64,000 nucleotides of DNA from an uncultured Candidatus Sumerlaeota bacterium (GTDB lineage Bacteria; CAYMEV01). The translations under genes were made by a program, and so were the position numbers. Positions 20,384 through 29,724 of the stretch are shown piece after piece. Each line of letters starts with the position of its first letter. Within the stretch, counting starts at the first letter, position 1. The notes under the pieces are model-generated. The model saw only the letters and a list, made by a program, of their open reading frames with translations, did not search any database and was not told the origin of the DNA. The stretch lies in contig CAYMEV010000017.1 in assembly GCA_964389675.1 (NCBI GenBank), forward strand, positions 1 to 64,000. The letters are read 5' to 3'.

Positions 20384-22339
20384 CTATACTCCTTTCAGTA
20401 TGGAATCTACCATATTGAATATCTGATTATCAGTAAGATTTCTCTGTTGGGATGCTCCTGTAGGGCAAGCTGCGATACAGCTCCCGCAGCCTTCACAAAG
20501 AACATCTTCCACTCTGGCTATCTTTTCCGTTGCATCGATAACTCTTGCGGAATAGGGACAGACAGAGACGCATATGCCGCATCCACAGCAGTAGTCCTCG
20601 ATAACCATTGCAATGTCAGGATCATGATGAAGGTATTCGGAACTAAGCATGGCCAGGGCTTTAGATGCTGCGGCAGAACCCTGTGCTACAGACTCGGGTA
20701 TGTCTTTCGGCCCTTGTCCTGTACCGCAAAGGAAAAAGCCCGCCTTCATGGTCTCAACCGGCTTAAGTTTCGGATGTGCTTCGCTGAGGAACCCAATGTG
20801 GTTGGTAGACAATTTAAGTTTCTTAATAAGCTCATGAGAGCCTTCAGAGGGCACCATAGACATAGCCAGGACAACCATATCTGCCTGTATTTCGACCTTC
20901 TGGCCAGTCAGAGTGTCAACACCCCAGATGGTCAGTTTATCCCCCTCCTGGAAAAGCTTTGCTACTTTACCCCTGATATAAGTTACTCTTTCATGCTCTA
21001 TTGTTTCCTGGATAAATTCCTCATACCCCTTGCCCCCTGATCTAATATCAATATAAAATATAACCGAATTACCGTGATGCACTTTATGCTTGTACAGCTT
21101 GGCATGCTTCGCGGTATACATACAGCATATCTTTGAACAGTGAGAATTATGCCTCTCCGGGTCCCTTGAACCTGAACACTGGATAAAAACTATATTCTCA
21201 GGAACCTTGCCGTCAGATGGCCTTCTGACCTCCCCTCCGGTTGGCCCGGTTGCTGACAGTATCCTTTCGAACATCAGTCCGTCGATAACGTCAGGATACT
21301 TCCCATAACCGTATTCTGCCATCTCCTCGACCGGATAAAGGTCATATCCTGTTGCAATAACAACAACCCCTACCTCTTCTTCGATCATGCTGTCATATAC
21401 ATCATAATCAATTGCCTTAGGTTCGCATACCTCCCTGCATTTTCCGCATGCTATGGGCGAAAGCCCCAGGCAGTTGTCAATATCAAGGGTAAATGTTGCA
21501 GGAATGGACTGAGCAAAGGGTATGTATATGGCTTTCCGGAATGCCAGGCCTCTGTCATACTCGCTGGGTACCCACACAGGGCATACTTCGCTGCAGTCTC
21601 CGCATATAGTGCATAGATCAGGGTTTACATAGGGTGCTTTTCTTTTTATTTTAACCTTAAAATTCCCGACTATACCTTCTATATCAGTAACTTCACTGTT
21701 ATTGTATATTGTTATATTAGGGTGTTTGGACACACTGACCATTTTTGGTGTCAGAATGCACTGAGAGCAGTCAAGGGTAGGAAATGTCTCAGATAATTGA
21801 GCCATATGGCCCCCTATTGACGGTGTTTTTTCGATTAAAATTACCTTTTGGCCTGCATCAGCAAGATCAAGGGCCGCCTGTATGCCAGCAACGCCGCCCC
21901 CTATCACACATGCCTTCCTGGTGACAGGCACCTTCACAGGTTCAAGGGATTCGTTAAGTTTTACCTTTTCAATAATGCTCTTTATTATCTTTACAGCTTT
22001 TTCTGTAGCCTCGTTAATGTCAGGATGAACCCATGAGCACTGTTCTCTAATATTTGCGATCTCAAGCTGATATGGGTTAAGGCCCCCCTCCTTGGCAGCA
22101 AGCCGAAATGTTGATTCATGAAGGGTAGGAGAACAGCATGCTACTACTACCTTATCCAGTTTATTCTCCTTGATTGATTTTGATATAAGGTTCTGTCCGG
22201 GGTCTGAACACATAAATACATAATCCTCTGCCATGGCGACCCCTTCATAACCACTTATCTTTTTTACTACCTCTTTGATATTTACTGTCTCTGCAATATT
22301 TACTCCGCAGTGACATACGAATACTCCTACTCTCTTCAT
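20384..22339 (-). CDS. hdrA: Heterodisulfide reductase subunit A
   Basis: RVGVFVCHCG.NIA, NIREQCSWVH, GGGVAG, KTPSIGG, TFPTLDC, QCSGSRD, CSKICCM, C-terminal ferredoxin motifs. Confidence 0.95.
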   Translation of the reverse strand: MKRVGVFVCHCGVNIAETVNIKEVVKKISGYEGVAMAEDYVFMCSDPGQNLISKSIKENKLDKVVVACCSPTLHESTFRLAAKEGGLNPYQLEIANIREQCSWVHPDINEATEKAVKIIKSIIEKVKLNESLEPVKVPVTRKACVIGGGVAGIQAALDLADAGQKVILIEKTPSIGGHMAQLSETFPTLDCSQCILTPKMVSVSKHPNITIYNNSEVTDIEGIVGNFKVKIKRKAPYVNPDLCTICGDCSEVCPVWVPSEYDRGLAFRKAIYIPFAQSIPATFTLDIDNCLGLSPIACGKCREVCEPKAIDYDVYDSMIEEEVGVVVIATGYDLYPVEEMAEYGYGKYPDVIDGLMFERILSATGPTGGEVRRPSDGKVPENIVFIQCSGSRDPERHNSHCSKICCMYTAKHAKLYKHKVHHGNSVIFYIDIRSGGKGYEEFIQETIEHERVTYIRGKVAKLFQEGDKLTIWGVDTLTGQKVEIQADMVVLAMSMVPSEGSHELIKKLKLSTNHIGFLSEAHPKLKPVETMKAGFFLCGTGQGPKDIPESVAQGSAAASKALAMLSSEYLHHDPDIAMVIEDYCCGCGICVSVCPYSARVIDATEKIARVEDVLCEGCGSCIAACPTGASQQRNLTDNQIFNMVDSILKGV

Positions 22340-23229
22340 ACCAATTCTCCTAGTATTTTCTTTTCTCTAAGAATGGGAAGTATATCAAAATAATGATATT
22401 TGTTCCAGCTGCTGAACCATCTGGTCTTTAGTGCGAGATAAAGAAGCTCAGTAAAATAGAATACAGGCATGCCCTCAAAATCAGTAAAAGCCTCCTGTGT
22501 CTCCCTCTGCATCTGATCAAGGTTATATGCACACAAAGGGCATGAGGTTATCAAAGCTTCACAGCCCGCTCTTTTTGCTGACATCAGTATTTTATAGGTT
22601 CTGTTCTGGACCATATCAGGTGATGATACCACCTGATATGAACCACAGCACTCAAGTTTATAGGGGAAATCCACAGGTTTGCAGCCAATGGCGTCAAGCA
22701 GCCTTTCAAGGATATCAGGATCTTCAAATCTGCTGTCAAGACTGTATTCCTTAGGCCTTACCAGCATACAGCCATAATATGATCCTACCTTGATTCCATT
22801 CAGCGGATTCTTAACAGCATCCTTCACCTTTTTATAACCTATGTATCTGTCAAGGACCTCCAATAAATGCAAAACCTCAACATTGCCCTGATACTGGTGA
22901 TCCTCCATATACATGAAATCATTAATCTTTTTCATGTTTTTTTCTGATGCTTTTATGAAGCTGTTAGCCCTTTTTAATGTATTATAGCACATGGAACACA
23001 TGGTAACCAGCTTGTCCGCACCCTCTGCCTCCACTCTGAGCAGATTCCTGAATGCTCCCATCTGAAGCATGAGATTATCCTGAGTCATAGAGTACACTGT
23101 GCCACAGCAATTCCATCTATCAAGCTCTTCAAGTTCTATTCCCAGTTCATTCATTGCTAGAATGGAGCTTTCTTCAAAATTGATTGCTGAATTTTTCTGG
23201 GCACATCCTGGATAATACTTTATTTTCAT
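22336..23229 (-). CDS. hdrB: Heterodisulfide reductase subunit B
   Basis: Two CCG domains: YYPGC...NCCG...CSMC and YYGC...ECCG...CPLC. Confidence 0.92.
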   Translation of the reverse strand: MKIKYYPGCAQKNSAINFEESSILAMNELGIELEELDRWNCCGTVYSMTQDNLMLQMGAFRNLLRVEAEGADKLVTMCSMCYNTLKRANSFIKASEKNMKKINDFMYMEDHQYQGNVEVLHLLEVLDRYIGYKKVKDAVKNPLNGIKVGSYYGCMLVRPKEYSLDSRFEDPDILERLLDAIGCKPVDFPYKLECCGSYQVVSSPDMVQNRTYKILMSAKRAGCEALITSCPLCAYNLDQMQRETQEAFTDFEGMPVFYFTELLYLALKTRWFSSWNKYHYFDILPILREKKILGELV

Positions 23230-23240
23230 AAATATTCTCC

Positions 23241-23678
23241 TTATAATCCTGCAAATTTTCTGAAAGCACTTACCATGGCAATTGATGGAAGCCTTTTCCT
23301 TACCTTTGGGTCCACATCCCTGACATTAAAAACTATTTCCCTGTTTCTCAGCTTAATTTCCCTGTATGCCTCCATTACAGATGCAACATCTATCCCTTTA
23401 GGGCATCTTGAACTGCATTGCAGGCAGGACGCGCAGACCCATATTGTATCACTTTCCAGTATGCTGGCAAAATCCCCGGTCTGAGACATCTTTATGACCA
23501 TTGTCGGTGTAATATCCATAAATTCAAGTACTGGGCATCCGGAAGAACAGTTACCGCACTGATAGCACTTAAATACATCCTGACCTGATATTTTTGCGAC
23601 AAGCTTGAACATAGTAGTGTCCTCAGCATTATGCTCCAGCTTCAAGAGGTCTTTCTTCTTATTGATTGTATCAGTCAT
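23241..23678 (-). CDS. hdrC: Heterodisulfide reductase subunit C
   Basis: CYQCGNCSSGCP; IWVCASCLQCSSRCP. Confidence 0.92.
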   Translation of the reverse strand: MTDTINKKKDLLKLEHNAEDTTMFKLVAKISGQDVFKCYQCGNCSSGCPVLEFMDITPTMVIKMSQTGDFASILESDTIWVCASCLQCSSRCPKGIDVASVMEAYREIKLRNREIVFNVRDVDPKVRKRLPSIAMVSAFRKFAGL

Positions 23679-24224
23679 CTATTTCTCCTTTTCCGGAAGA
23701 TAGTTAAAGCCCAAATAAAAGGCTTTTTTATTTAATTCCACAAACTTTGAAGGAACTGTTTTTTCAATTGCCTTCTCCACATTTTCCGAGCTGAGTATCC
23801 TGGTCTGGCCGATCATAAAGCCGATCATAACCATATTTGCCACAATTTTTTTCCCGATACTTTCTGCAAGTCTTGTTGAGGGTATCTTATACTGGTATAT
23901 ATTCTTATTCAGGGTAACAGGCACAACCAGGTCTTCATCATAGAATATCCTGCCATACTCGACCATATCCCTGCAATATTTATCATAGCCCTCCTGGCTC
24001 ATTGCAAGTAGTATATCCGGATTGTCGACAAGAGGATATTTAATCTCAGAATCGTGTATGGTTACCTGTGTAGAACACGCCCCGCCCCTTGCTTCCGGCC
24101 CATAACTCTGGATCATGGAAGCAAAATGTTTTTCAAATATTGTGGCAGATGTACCCAATACATAGCCTGACAGTATTACTCCCTGGCCCCCAAACCCTGA
24201 AATCTTAATCTTCCATTCTTTCAT
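23679..24224 (-). CDS. korC: 2-oxoacid:ferredoxin oxidoreductase gamma subunit
   Basis: SGFGGQGVIL, QSYGPEARGG, NMVMIG. Confidence 0.88.
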   Translation of the reverse strand: MKEWKIKISGFGGQGVILSGYVLGTSATIFEKHFASMIQSYGPEARGGACSTQVTIHDSEIKYPLVDNPDILLAMSQEGYDKYCRDMVEYGRIFYDEDLVVPVTLNKNIYQYKIPSTRLAESIGKKIVANMVMIGFMIGQTRILSSENVEKAIEKTVPSKFVELNKKAFYLGFNYLPEKEK

Positions 24225-25092
24225 TGCTTCCCTCCGTAGATTGTTTCCTTTTCATTGCTTCAGCATGCCTGACATCCTGATATGCCTGCTTTAGCCTGTC
24301 ATAATAGCTTAATCTTTCATTCCTGACAAAAACACCAACCTTCAAAGGATCATCATATCCTATATTACAGTCCTTCGGGTCTACATTATGCGCTATTACA
24401 GAACGGGCATGAAACCTTTCAAGAAGGTCAAGGCCGGTTCCTCCCATATTCTTTTTTGCATAGACGGTAGCACAGGGAGTAATTATCTCTACAAAGCTGA
24501 AGCCTCTCCATAGAAGAGCTTCACTGATCGTATCTATAAGCCTTCTGACATGAAGGGTAGTCCATCTTGCTACAAATGATGCACCTGAAGAGGCTGCCAG
24601 ATAGGACAGGTTAAAGGGTTCCTCATAATTTCCATAGGGAGCTGTTGTGCTGTAGGCAGTTAGAGGGGTAGTTGGAGCATTCTGTCCCCCTGTCATTCCA
24701 TATATAAAGTTATTTACACATATGACTGTCATGTTGATATTCCTTCTTGCTGCATGTATCAGGTGATTACCGCCTATTGCAAATAAATCGCCGTCCCCTG
24801 AAAACACCACAACCTTCAGGTTCCTGTTTGCCAGGGCGATACCTGTGGCAAAAGGTATGGCACGTCCATGGGTAGTATGAAATGAGTCAAGCTTTATATA
24901 GCCTGCTACACGTCCTGTACAGCCGATTCCTGAAACAACTGCAAATTTTTCAGGGGGTATCTGTGATTTTTCGATTGCTTTTGCAAAGGTTGTTACATTG
25001 ATTCCAAGACCGCATCCAGAACACCATATATGCGGCATCCTGTCCATCCTCAACAGTTTCTCTACTGGATGATTTTCTAAAAGGGTACTCAT
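24205..25092 (-). CDS. korB: 2-oxoacid:ferredoxin oxidoreductase beta subunit (TPP-binding)
   Basis: WCSGCG, SGIGC, HTTHGRA, GDGD...GGNH, NN.IYGMTGGQ. Confidence 0.9.
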   Translation of the reverse strand: MSTLLENHPVEKLLRMDRMPHIWCSGCGLGINVTTFAKAIEKSQIPPEKFAVVSGIGCTGRVAGYIKLDSFHTTHGRAIPFATGIALANRNLKVVVFSGDGDLFAIGGNHLIHAARRNINMTVICVNNFIYGMTGGQNAPTTPLTAYSTTAPYGNYEEPFNLSYLAASSGASFVARWTTLHVRRLIDTISEALLWRGFSFVEIITPCATVYAKKNMGGTGLDLLERFHARSVIAHNVDPKDCNIGYDDPLKVGVFVRNERLSYYDRLKQAYQDVRHAEAMKRKQSTEGSNERMED

Positions 25093-26252
25093 TTTGCAAC
25101 CTCCAAAATAGCATTAACTATATCATTTATTTTATGGAATCCTCCACCTGGATGTGTCAGCGATTTTACCCTGCAGCATCCTGAATACCTTTCGACCTCT
25201 CTGACCATCTGTCCCATATTAAGTTCAGCAACCACAAAACCTTTTACTCTCCCTGCAAGCTCTTTTATCTTGTCATCACAGAAGGGCCATGCTGTAATCA
25301 GCCTGAGCAGGCCTACCTTTACACCTTTTTTCTTTGCCAGCTCTATGCCCGGGACTACTGTCCTTGCAGTAATACCATATGAGACAACAACAACATCGCA
25401 GTCATCCAGGTCAATCTCCTCAAGAAGTATTATATCATCCTTATTCTTCTGTATCTTGTCTATTATCCTGGTAACATTCTCAATATGAGCTTTTTCAGTC
25501 ATATCAGGATAACCTTTTTCATTATGCGTAAGCCCTGTAGAATGAATGGCATAACCGTCACCAGCCTTTGCAAAATCAGGGACAAGACTCTTCCCGGACT
25601 TATAGGGCAGGTATTTGTCATGAGTCTTTTTTGTATAGGTTCTATCGATAATCTTTATTTCTTCAGCAGGAGGTATAATAACCCTCTCCGTCATATGGCC
25701 CACAATAGCATCAGTAAGGATTATGACAGGCAGCCTGTATTTTTCAGCATAATTGAAGGCTGTTATTGTAAGATCGAAAAATTCCTGAGGTGATTTCGGA
25801 CAAAGGCCAATTACCCCGACATCCCCGTGAGTACCCCATTTTGCCTGCATCATGTCAGATTGTCCCCAGTGTGTCGGGAGCCCGGTTGATGGTGAACCCC
25901 TCTGAACATTGACCACTACACATGGAGCTTCCATCATATACCCCAGGCCGAGATTCTCATTCATTAGAGAAAACCCGGGCCCGGAAGTTGCTGTCATACT
26001 CTTGACTCCTGTCCATGAAGCACCCAGAATGGCGGCCATTGACCCTATCTCATCCTCCATCTGGATAAAAGCCCCATCCTCAAATATCGGCAGCCTGTAG
26101 GACAGCCTTTCCGCTATCTCTGATGCAGGAGTGATCGGATACCCTGCAAAGAATCTGCAGCCAGCAATCAAGGCAGCTTCTGCGCAGGCAATATCACCCT
26201 GCATGAAGTATATTCCTCTTAAGTACCTATCATTATCTTTAAGCAATGTCAT
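25089..26252 (-). CDS. korA: 2-oxoacid:ferredoxin oxidoreductase alpha subunit (2-oxoglutarate-type)
   Basis: GYPITPASE, QMEDEIG, TATSGPGFSLM, QRGSPSTGLPT, ELNMGQ. Confidence 0.9.
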   Translation of the reverse strand: MTLLKDNDRYLRGIYFMQGDIACAEAALIAGCRFFAGYPITPASEIAERLSYRLPIFEDGAFIQMEDEIGSMAAILGASWTGVKSMTATSGPGFSLMNENLGLGYMMEAPCVVVNVQRGSPSTGLPTHWGQSDMMQAKWGTHGDVGVIGLCPKSPQEFFDLTITAFNYAEKYRLPVIILTDAIVGHMTERVIIPPAEEIKIIDRTYTKKTHDKYLPYKSGKSLVPDFAKAGDGYAIHSTGLTHNEKGYPDMTEKAHIENVTRIIDKIQKNKDDIILLEEIDLDDCDVVVVSYGITARTVVPGIELAKKKGVKVGLLRLITAWPFCDDKIKELAGRVKGFVVAELNMGQMVREVERYSGCCRVKSLTHPGGGFHKINDIVNAILEVAK

Positions 26253-26512
26253 TTTTCCTCCTTTTTAACAATATAGATTGCATAATCCGGGCAGATGAGC
26301 TCACACAAACCGCACCCGACACAAAGCTCCCTGTTCTTTACATACGGAGGATGATGTCCTTTTTCATTGAATTTTTCTGATACATCCAATACATCTCGCG
26401 GGCAGTAGTTAATGCAGAAATTGCAGCCCTTGCATTTATCCTCAATTATCACTATTTCACATTCCTGTACAGCTTGAGGCTTTTTTCCGAAAGGGGATTT
26501 ATAAATCTTCAT
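26249..26512 (-). CDS. korD: 2-oxoacid:ferredoxin oxidoreductase delta subunit (2x[4Fe-4S])
   Basis: CKGCNFCINYCP; CVGCGLCELICPDYAI; GGGAGGA RBS. Confidence 0.88.
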   Translation of the reverse strand: MKIYKSPFGKKPQAVQECEIVIIEDKCKGCNFCINYCPRDVLDVSEKFNEKGHHPPYVKNRELCVGCGLCELICPDYAIYIVKKEEK

Positions 26513-26635
26513 ATACTTTATCCTCCCTCAATAATTATTTGCAAAATTTGTATCCGAAATTTAATGATTGCTTTTGGAATTTGATTCTGAAAGAGATATG
26601 ACCGCCTGGAAGAAATCCGCTTTTATGACTCTTTG

Positions 26636-26653
26636 TCTTGATAAAAATCAAGA
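26636..26653. promoter_or_regulatory. FNR/CRP-family-like operator palindrome upstream of the kor-hdr-mvh operon
   Basis: TCTTGAT-AAAA-ATCAAGA contains the exact TTGAT-N4-ATCAA consensus. Confidence 0.5.
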
Positions 26654-26753
26654 TATATTGTATTCCTTATTTTGGTATTAATAACAGTTGGCACCTAGTA
26701 TAATCATTATTTAAAATCAATCAAATATAAAATTGCCAAAAAATTAAAAATTT

Positions 26754-27812
26754 TTAATTACTGTTATAAATCTCTTGTACAAGTGTAACAATTTTGTTGT
26801 TATCAATCCTCTCTGTGCATAATCCATCCAGTTTACAGCCCCTGAAGGTCGAATTAGCATAGCATGGACTGCATTCTGTTTCACCCCGGGCTATATATAT
26901 ATTCCTTAGATCATGGGGAAGCAGGGATTTTTCATCTGAAGGTCCGAACAATGCTACTGTGGGTTTTTCCAGTGCTACGGCTATATGGAGAGGCAGGCTG
27001 TCAGTGGTTATAACGACAGAGCTTTTCTTTATAAAAAGGACAAGGTCATGAATATCTGTAAGCCCGGCAATAATCCTGGTATTAAAAGAGGTTTCAAGGA
27101 AAGCTTTCTCATCAGCCAAAAGGGTGTCATCATATTTATCACCGCCAATTATTACATTATCAAACCCCTTTTCATAAAGAGCCTTGACAATCTTTATTGT
27201 TTTATCCTTTTTCAGTCGTTTGTATATGTTCCTTTCCCTTATATTTATCCCTCCGCCCGGGAAAAATGAAATATATCCCCCGCTTTTCAAAAAATCCAGG
27301 TTTATATTATGAAATTTATCATACAGATTTTCATCAATAAATGGCCTGGAATACAGGCTTTTTATCCCATCAAGCTCTGAAACAGAATTGTAAACCTTAA
27401 GTATATACTTTCCACGCGGGATCCACTCTGATGACTTAATATTAAGGAGATTTAAAAGCCACCCTGTTATCCTGTTTTTTCCTCTCAGGCAAAATGTTTC
27501 TCCGGAAAGAAGATAGGTGAATAGTATGGTCAAAATACTGGGAGAGTAGACATAAGCCTTATCAAACGACCTGAGGCCGAATCTTCGGATAAAAGATAAA
27601 AATGAACATAGCAGGTTAATATATCCTATTTTATCTTTCCTTAATTCAAGATAATGCAGGCTGTGCCCCGTCCCAGATAAAACCGGAATGCATTTTCCTG
27701 AGGTCAGGCACCATTTTTCAGCTTCCTCACAAGATTTTATCACTGAGCACATAGAAGCTGTGGTCAGAAGGACATCTCCAATGCTGTGCGTCTTTACAAA
27801 AAGGATTTTCAT
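26754..27812 (-). CDS. Glycosyltransferase family 9 (LPS heptosyltransferase-like)
   Basis: HSIGDVLLTT; TDSLPLHIAVAL.KPTVALFGP; C-terminal CSPC...C. Confidence 0.88.
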   Translation of the reverse strand: MKILFVKTHSIGDVLLTTASMCSVIKSCEEAEKWCLTSGKCIPVLSGTGHSLHYLELRKDKIGYINLLCSFLSFIRRFGLRSFDKAYVYSPSILTILFTYLLSGETFCLRGKNRITGWLLNLLNIKSSEWIPRGKYILKVYNSVSELDGIKSLYSRPFIDENLYDKFHNINLDFLKSGGYISFFPGGGINIRERNIYKRLKKDKTIKIVKALYEKGFDNVIIGGDKYDDTLLADEKAFLETSFNTRIIAGLTDIHDLVLFIKKSSVVITTDSLPLHIAVALEKPTVALFGPSDEKSLLPHDLRNIYIARGETECSPCYANSTFRGCKLDGLCTERIDNNKIVTLVQEIYNSN

Positions 27813-27820
27813 GCAAACTG

Positions 27821-29722
27821 CTACTGGATATAACCAAGGGATTTCATTTGTTCAATTGCTTTATCCTGCTTGGCATTATCAATATCTTCCAGGGCCTGGC
27901 TGGAGAATTTACCATAGGACTGTATTTTCCTGTAGGTGATTTTCTCAAGGACTTCCCCGCTGAATGCATCAAAAAGGATCCTCCCGTTAAAATCTTCAGC
28001 ATGGGGGAATCCAAGGAGATAGAGAATTGTAGGGGCAATATCATATATGGATGCTTCCTTTACAGTATTTCCGGGGTTTATCATTACTGGATTATACATG
28101 AACATAACACCCTCCGGCTTTCCGTACAGGTGGTCCCCTGACTTTATAAAGCTTCCTGTAGGAAGCATACCGTGATCAGATGCAATAACGAGCACTGTAT
28201 TTTCATCTGTATAATTCTCCATAACATAGCCTATATAATCGTCTACTTTCTGATATGACCGGAAAATAACATCCCTGAAAATATCCATTTCTTCCCTGTC
28301 GATCTCAGGAAAATATTCCGGCTGAAAATAATGCCAGTACTGATGGGCAAGAACATCCGTCTGCTGGTAATAAAGGAACATGAAATCATAATCTGAATCT
28401 TTCCATAGTGATTTTGAAACACAGAAAAAGGTCTCATCCTGAGCTGAAATCCACCTCAGAAGCTCCAGATTCTTCTGCATAAGCCTTGTTTTATTCAGAT
28501 TTAGAAAATCTTTTTCAGAGATATTGAGATAATATGCTATATCAGCGAAGGAAAGGCTATCAGGATCTATCCTGCATTCTCTGATCTTCGGGTCAATATC
28601 AGGGGGGTACACGTCCGGCAGAGTATGGTCGGACTCCAGAAAGAGATCCTCAATTGAATAGGTATACTGGGGGGAAACCATATTACCATTAATAGCATAT
28701 ACAGGATATGTTACCCAGCCGCCGAGCACTGATGACCTTTTCCCTTTCTCTGACAGAATGTCCCATATTGCCTTGCATTTTCTGTGAGTTGAGTTATATA
28801 TAAGTATCCTGTTGATATCCAGCCTTTCATAGAGCTTTACAATATAATGGATCATACTCATTTTAGGAAATTTGACCTTACCGTTGACTGGAGGGAAAAA
28901 TGGCATCTTATACATTGAAAAATCCACTATACCATGTTCCTCAGGGAGCATGGAGGTATAGATGCTGTTCCAGATTACTGGAGATTTTGCAGGTTCAATA
29001 GTGCTCAGCGAATATGAAGAGCCATGTTCATGCAGAAACCTTAGATTCGGGAGCATATCGTCCTCAAACATCCTGTCAAGAACTGTAAAGCTCAGGGCAT
29101 CTGCCGCTATGAATATTACCCTGTTTGGCGTAGCTGATACTTCATATTCTTCAGCAAATGATTCTCTGACCTTATCAGAAGAAGAATCTGCCCCGCTGTA
29201 TATTATATAAAATCCGGCAGAGGCAAAAAGGAACAGGGCCAGTATCTTCGGGATAAGGGATAGATGGCTCAGCAGCTTTTCAGAAAGAATCAGCAGAAGA
29301 ATGATCAGAAATGATAGTATTATGATACAGAATACAGAGGCAATAATAAACCAGGGGCTAAAAATATCTACTATATTACCTCTTCCAATTCTTATATAGT
29401 TGATAATCAGAAAACCTGCATTGGCAAGAATTATAAAAAAGGAGAAGATATAATCATAGTATTCCCTGTATACCCTGATGCGAAAGACAGAAAAAACCAG
29501 AACAGCTGTTATGCTTAACAGCAGGTTCAGCACAAAGCTGTTTATAAAACAGAACAGGAAGAGATACAGCCTTGTGGCAAGATCGTTAATAGCAGGATTC
29601 ATATCGATAATGAAATAGATATTAATTATTCCCGTCAGGAACCCCCATAAAAGAGAAACCCTTAATATGGATGCCGGCAGGCTTGTTTCCTTTTTATTCA
29701 GTTCCCTGTATATGCTTTTCAT
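27821..29722 (-). CDS. Membrane-anchored alkaline phosphatase superfamily protein (type I phosphodiesterase/nucleotide pyrophosphatase)
   Basis: ~5 N-terminal TM helices; ADAL, SPVIWNS...PEEHGI, D.L.H, SDHG, DIAPTIL, C-terminal SLGYI. Confidence 0.8.
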   Translation of the reverse strand: MKSIYRELNKKETSLPASILRVSLLWGFLTGIINIYFIIDMNPAINDLATRLYLFLFCFINSFVLNLLLSITAVLVFSVFRIRVYREYYDYIFSFFIILANAGFLIINYIRIGRGNIVDIFSPWFIIASVFCIIILSFLIILLLILSEKLLSHLSLIPKILALFLFASAGFYIIYSGADSSSDKVRESFAEEYEVSATPNRVIFIAADALSFTVLDRMFEDDMLPNLRFLHEHGSSYSLSTIEPAKSPVIWNSIYTSMLPEEHGIVDFSMYKMPFFPPVNGKVKFPKMSMIHYIVKLYERLDINRILIYNSTHRKCKAIWDILSEKGKRSSVLGGWVTYPVYAINGNMVSPQYTYSIEDLFLESDHTLPDVYPPDIDPKIRECRIDPDSLSFADIAYYLNISEKDFLNLNKTRLMQKNLELLRWISAQDETFFCVSKSLWKDSDYDFMFLYYQQTDVLAHQYWHYFQPEYFPEIDREEMDIFRDVIFRSYQKVDDYIGYVMENYTDENTVLVIASDHGMLPTGSFIKSGDHLYGKPEGVMFMYNPVMINPGNTVKEASIYDIAPTILYLLGFPHAEDFNGRILFDAFSGEVLEKITYRKIQSYGKFSSQALEDIDNAKQDKAIEQMKSLGYIQ

Positions 29723-29724
29723 TT

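Noticed and set aside
15163-23678. Methanogenesis or archaeal origin suggested by hdr/mvh
   Set aside because: Surrounding genes are clearly bacterial (plsY, gpsA, rsmG, bacterial-type selB, TonB receptor, GT9) and no mcr/mtr genes are present in the window.
15163-26512. Selenocysteine (TGA) readthrough in the redox operon
   Set aside because: The ORFs contain their complete motif sets, and the TGA stops I checked fall at natural ends or overlap the next gene's start.
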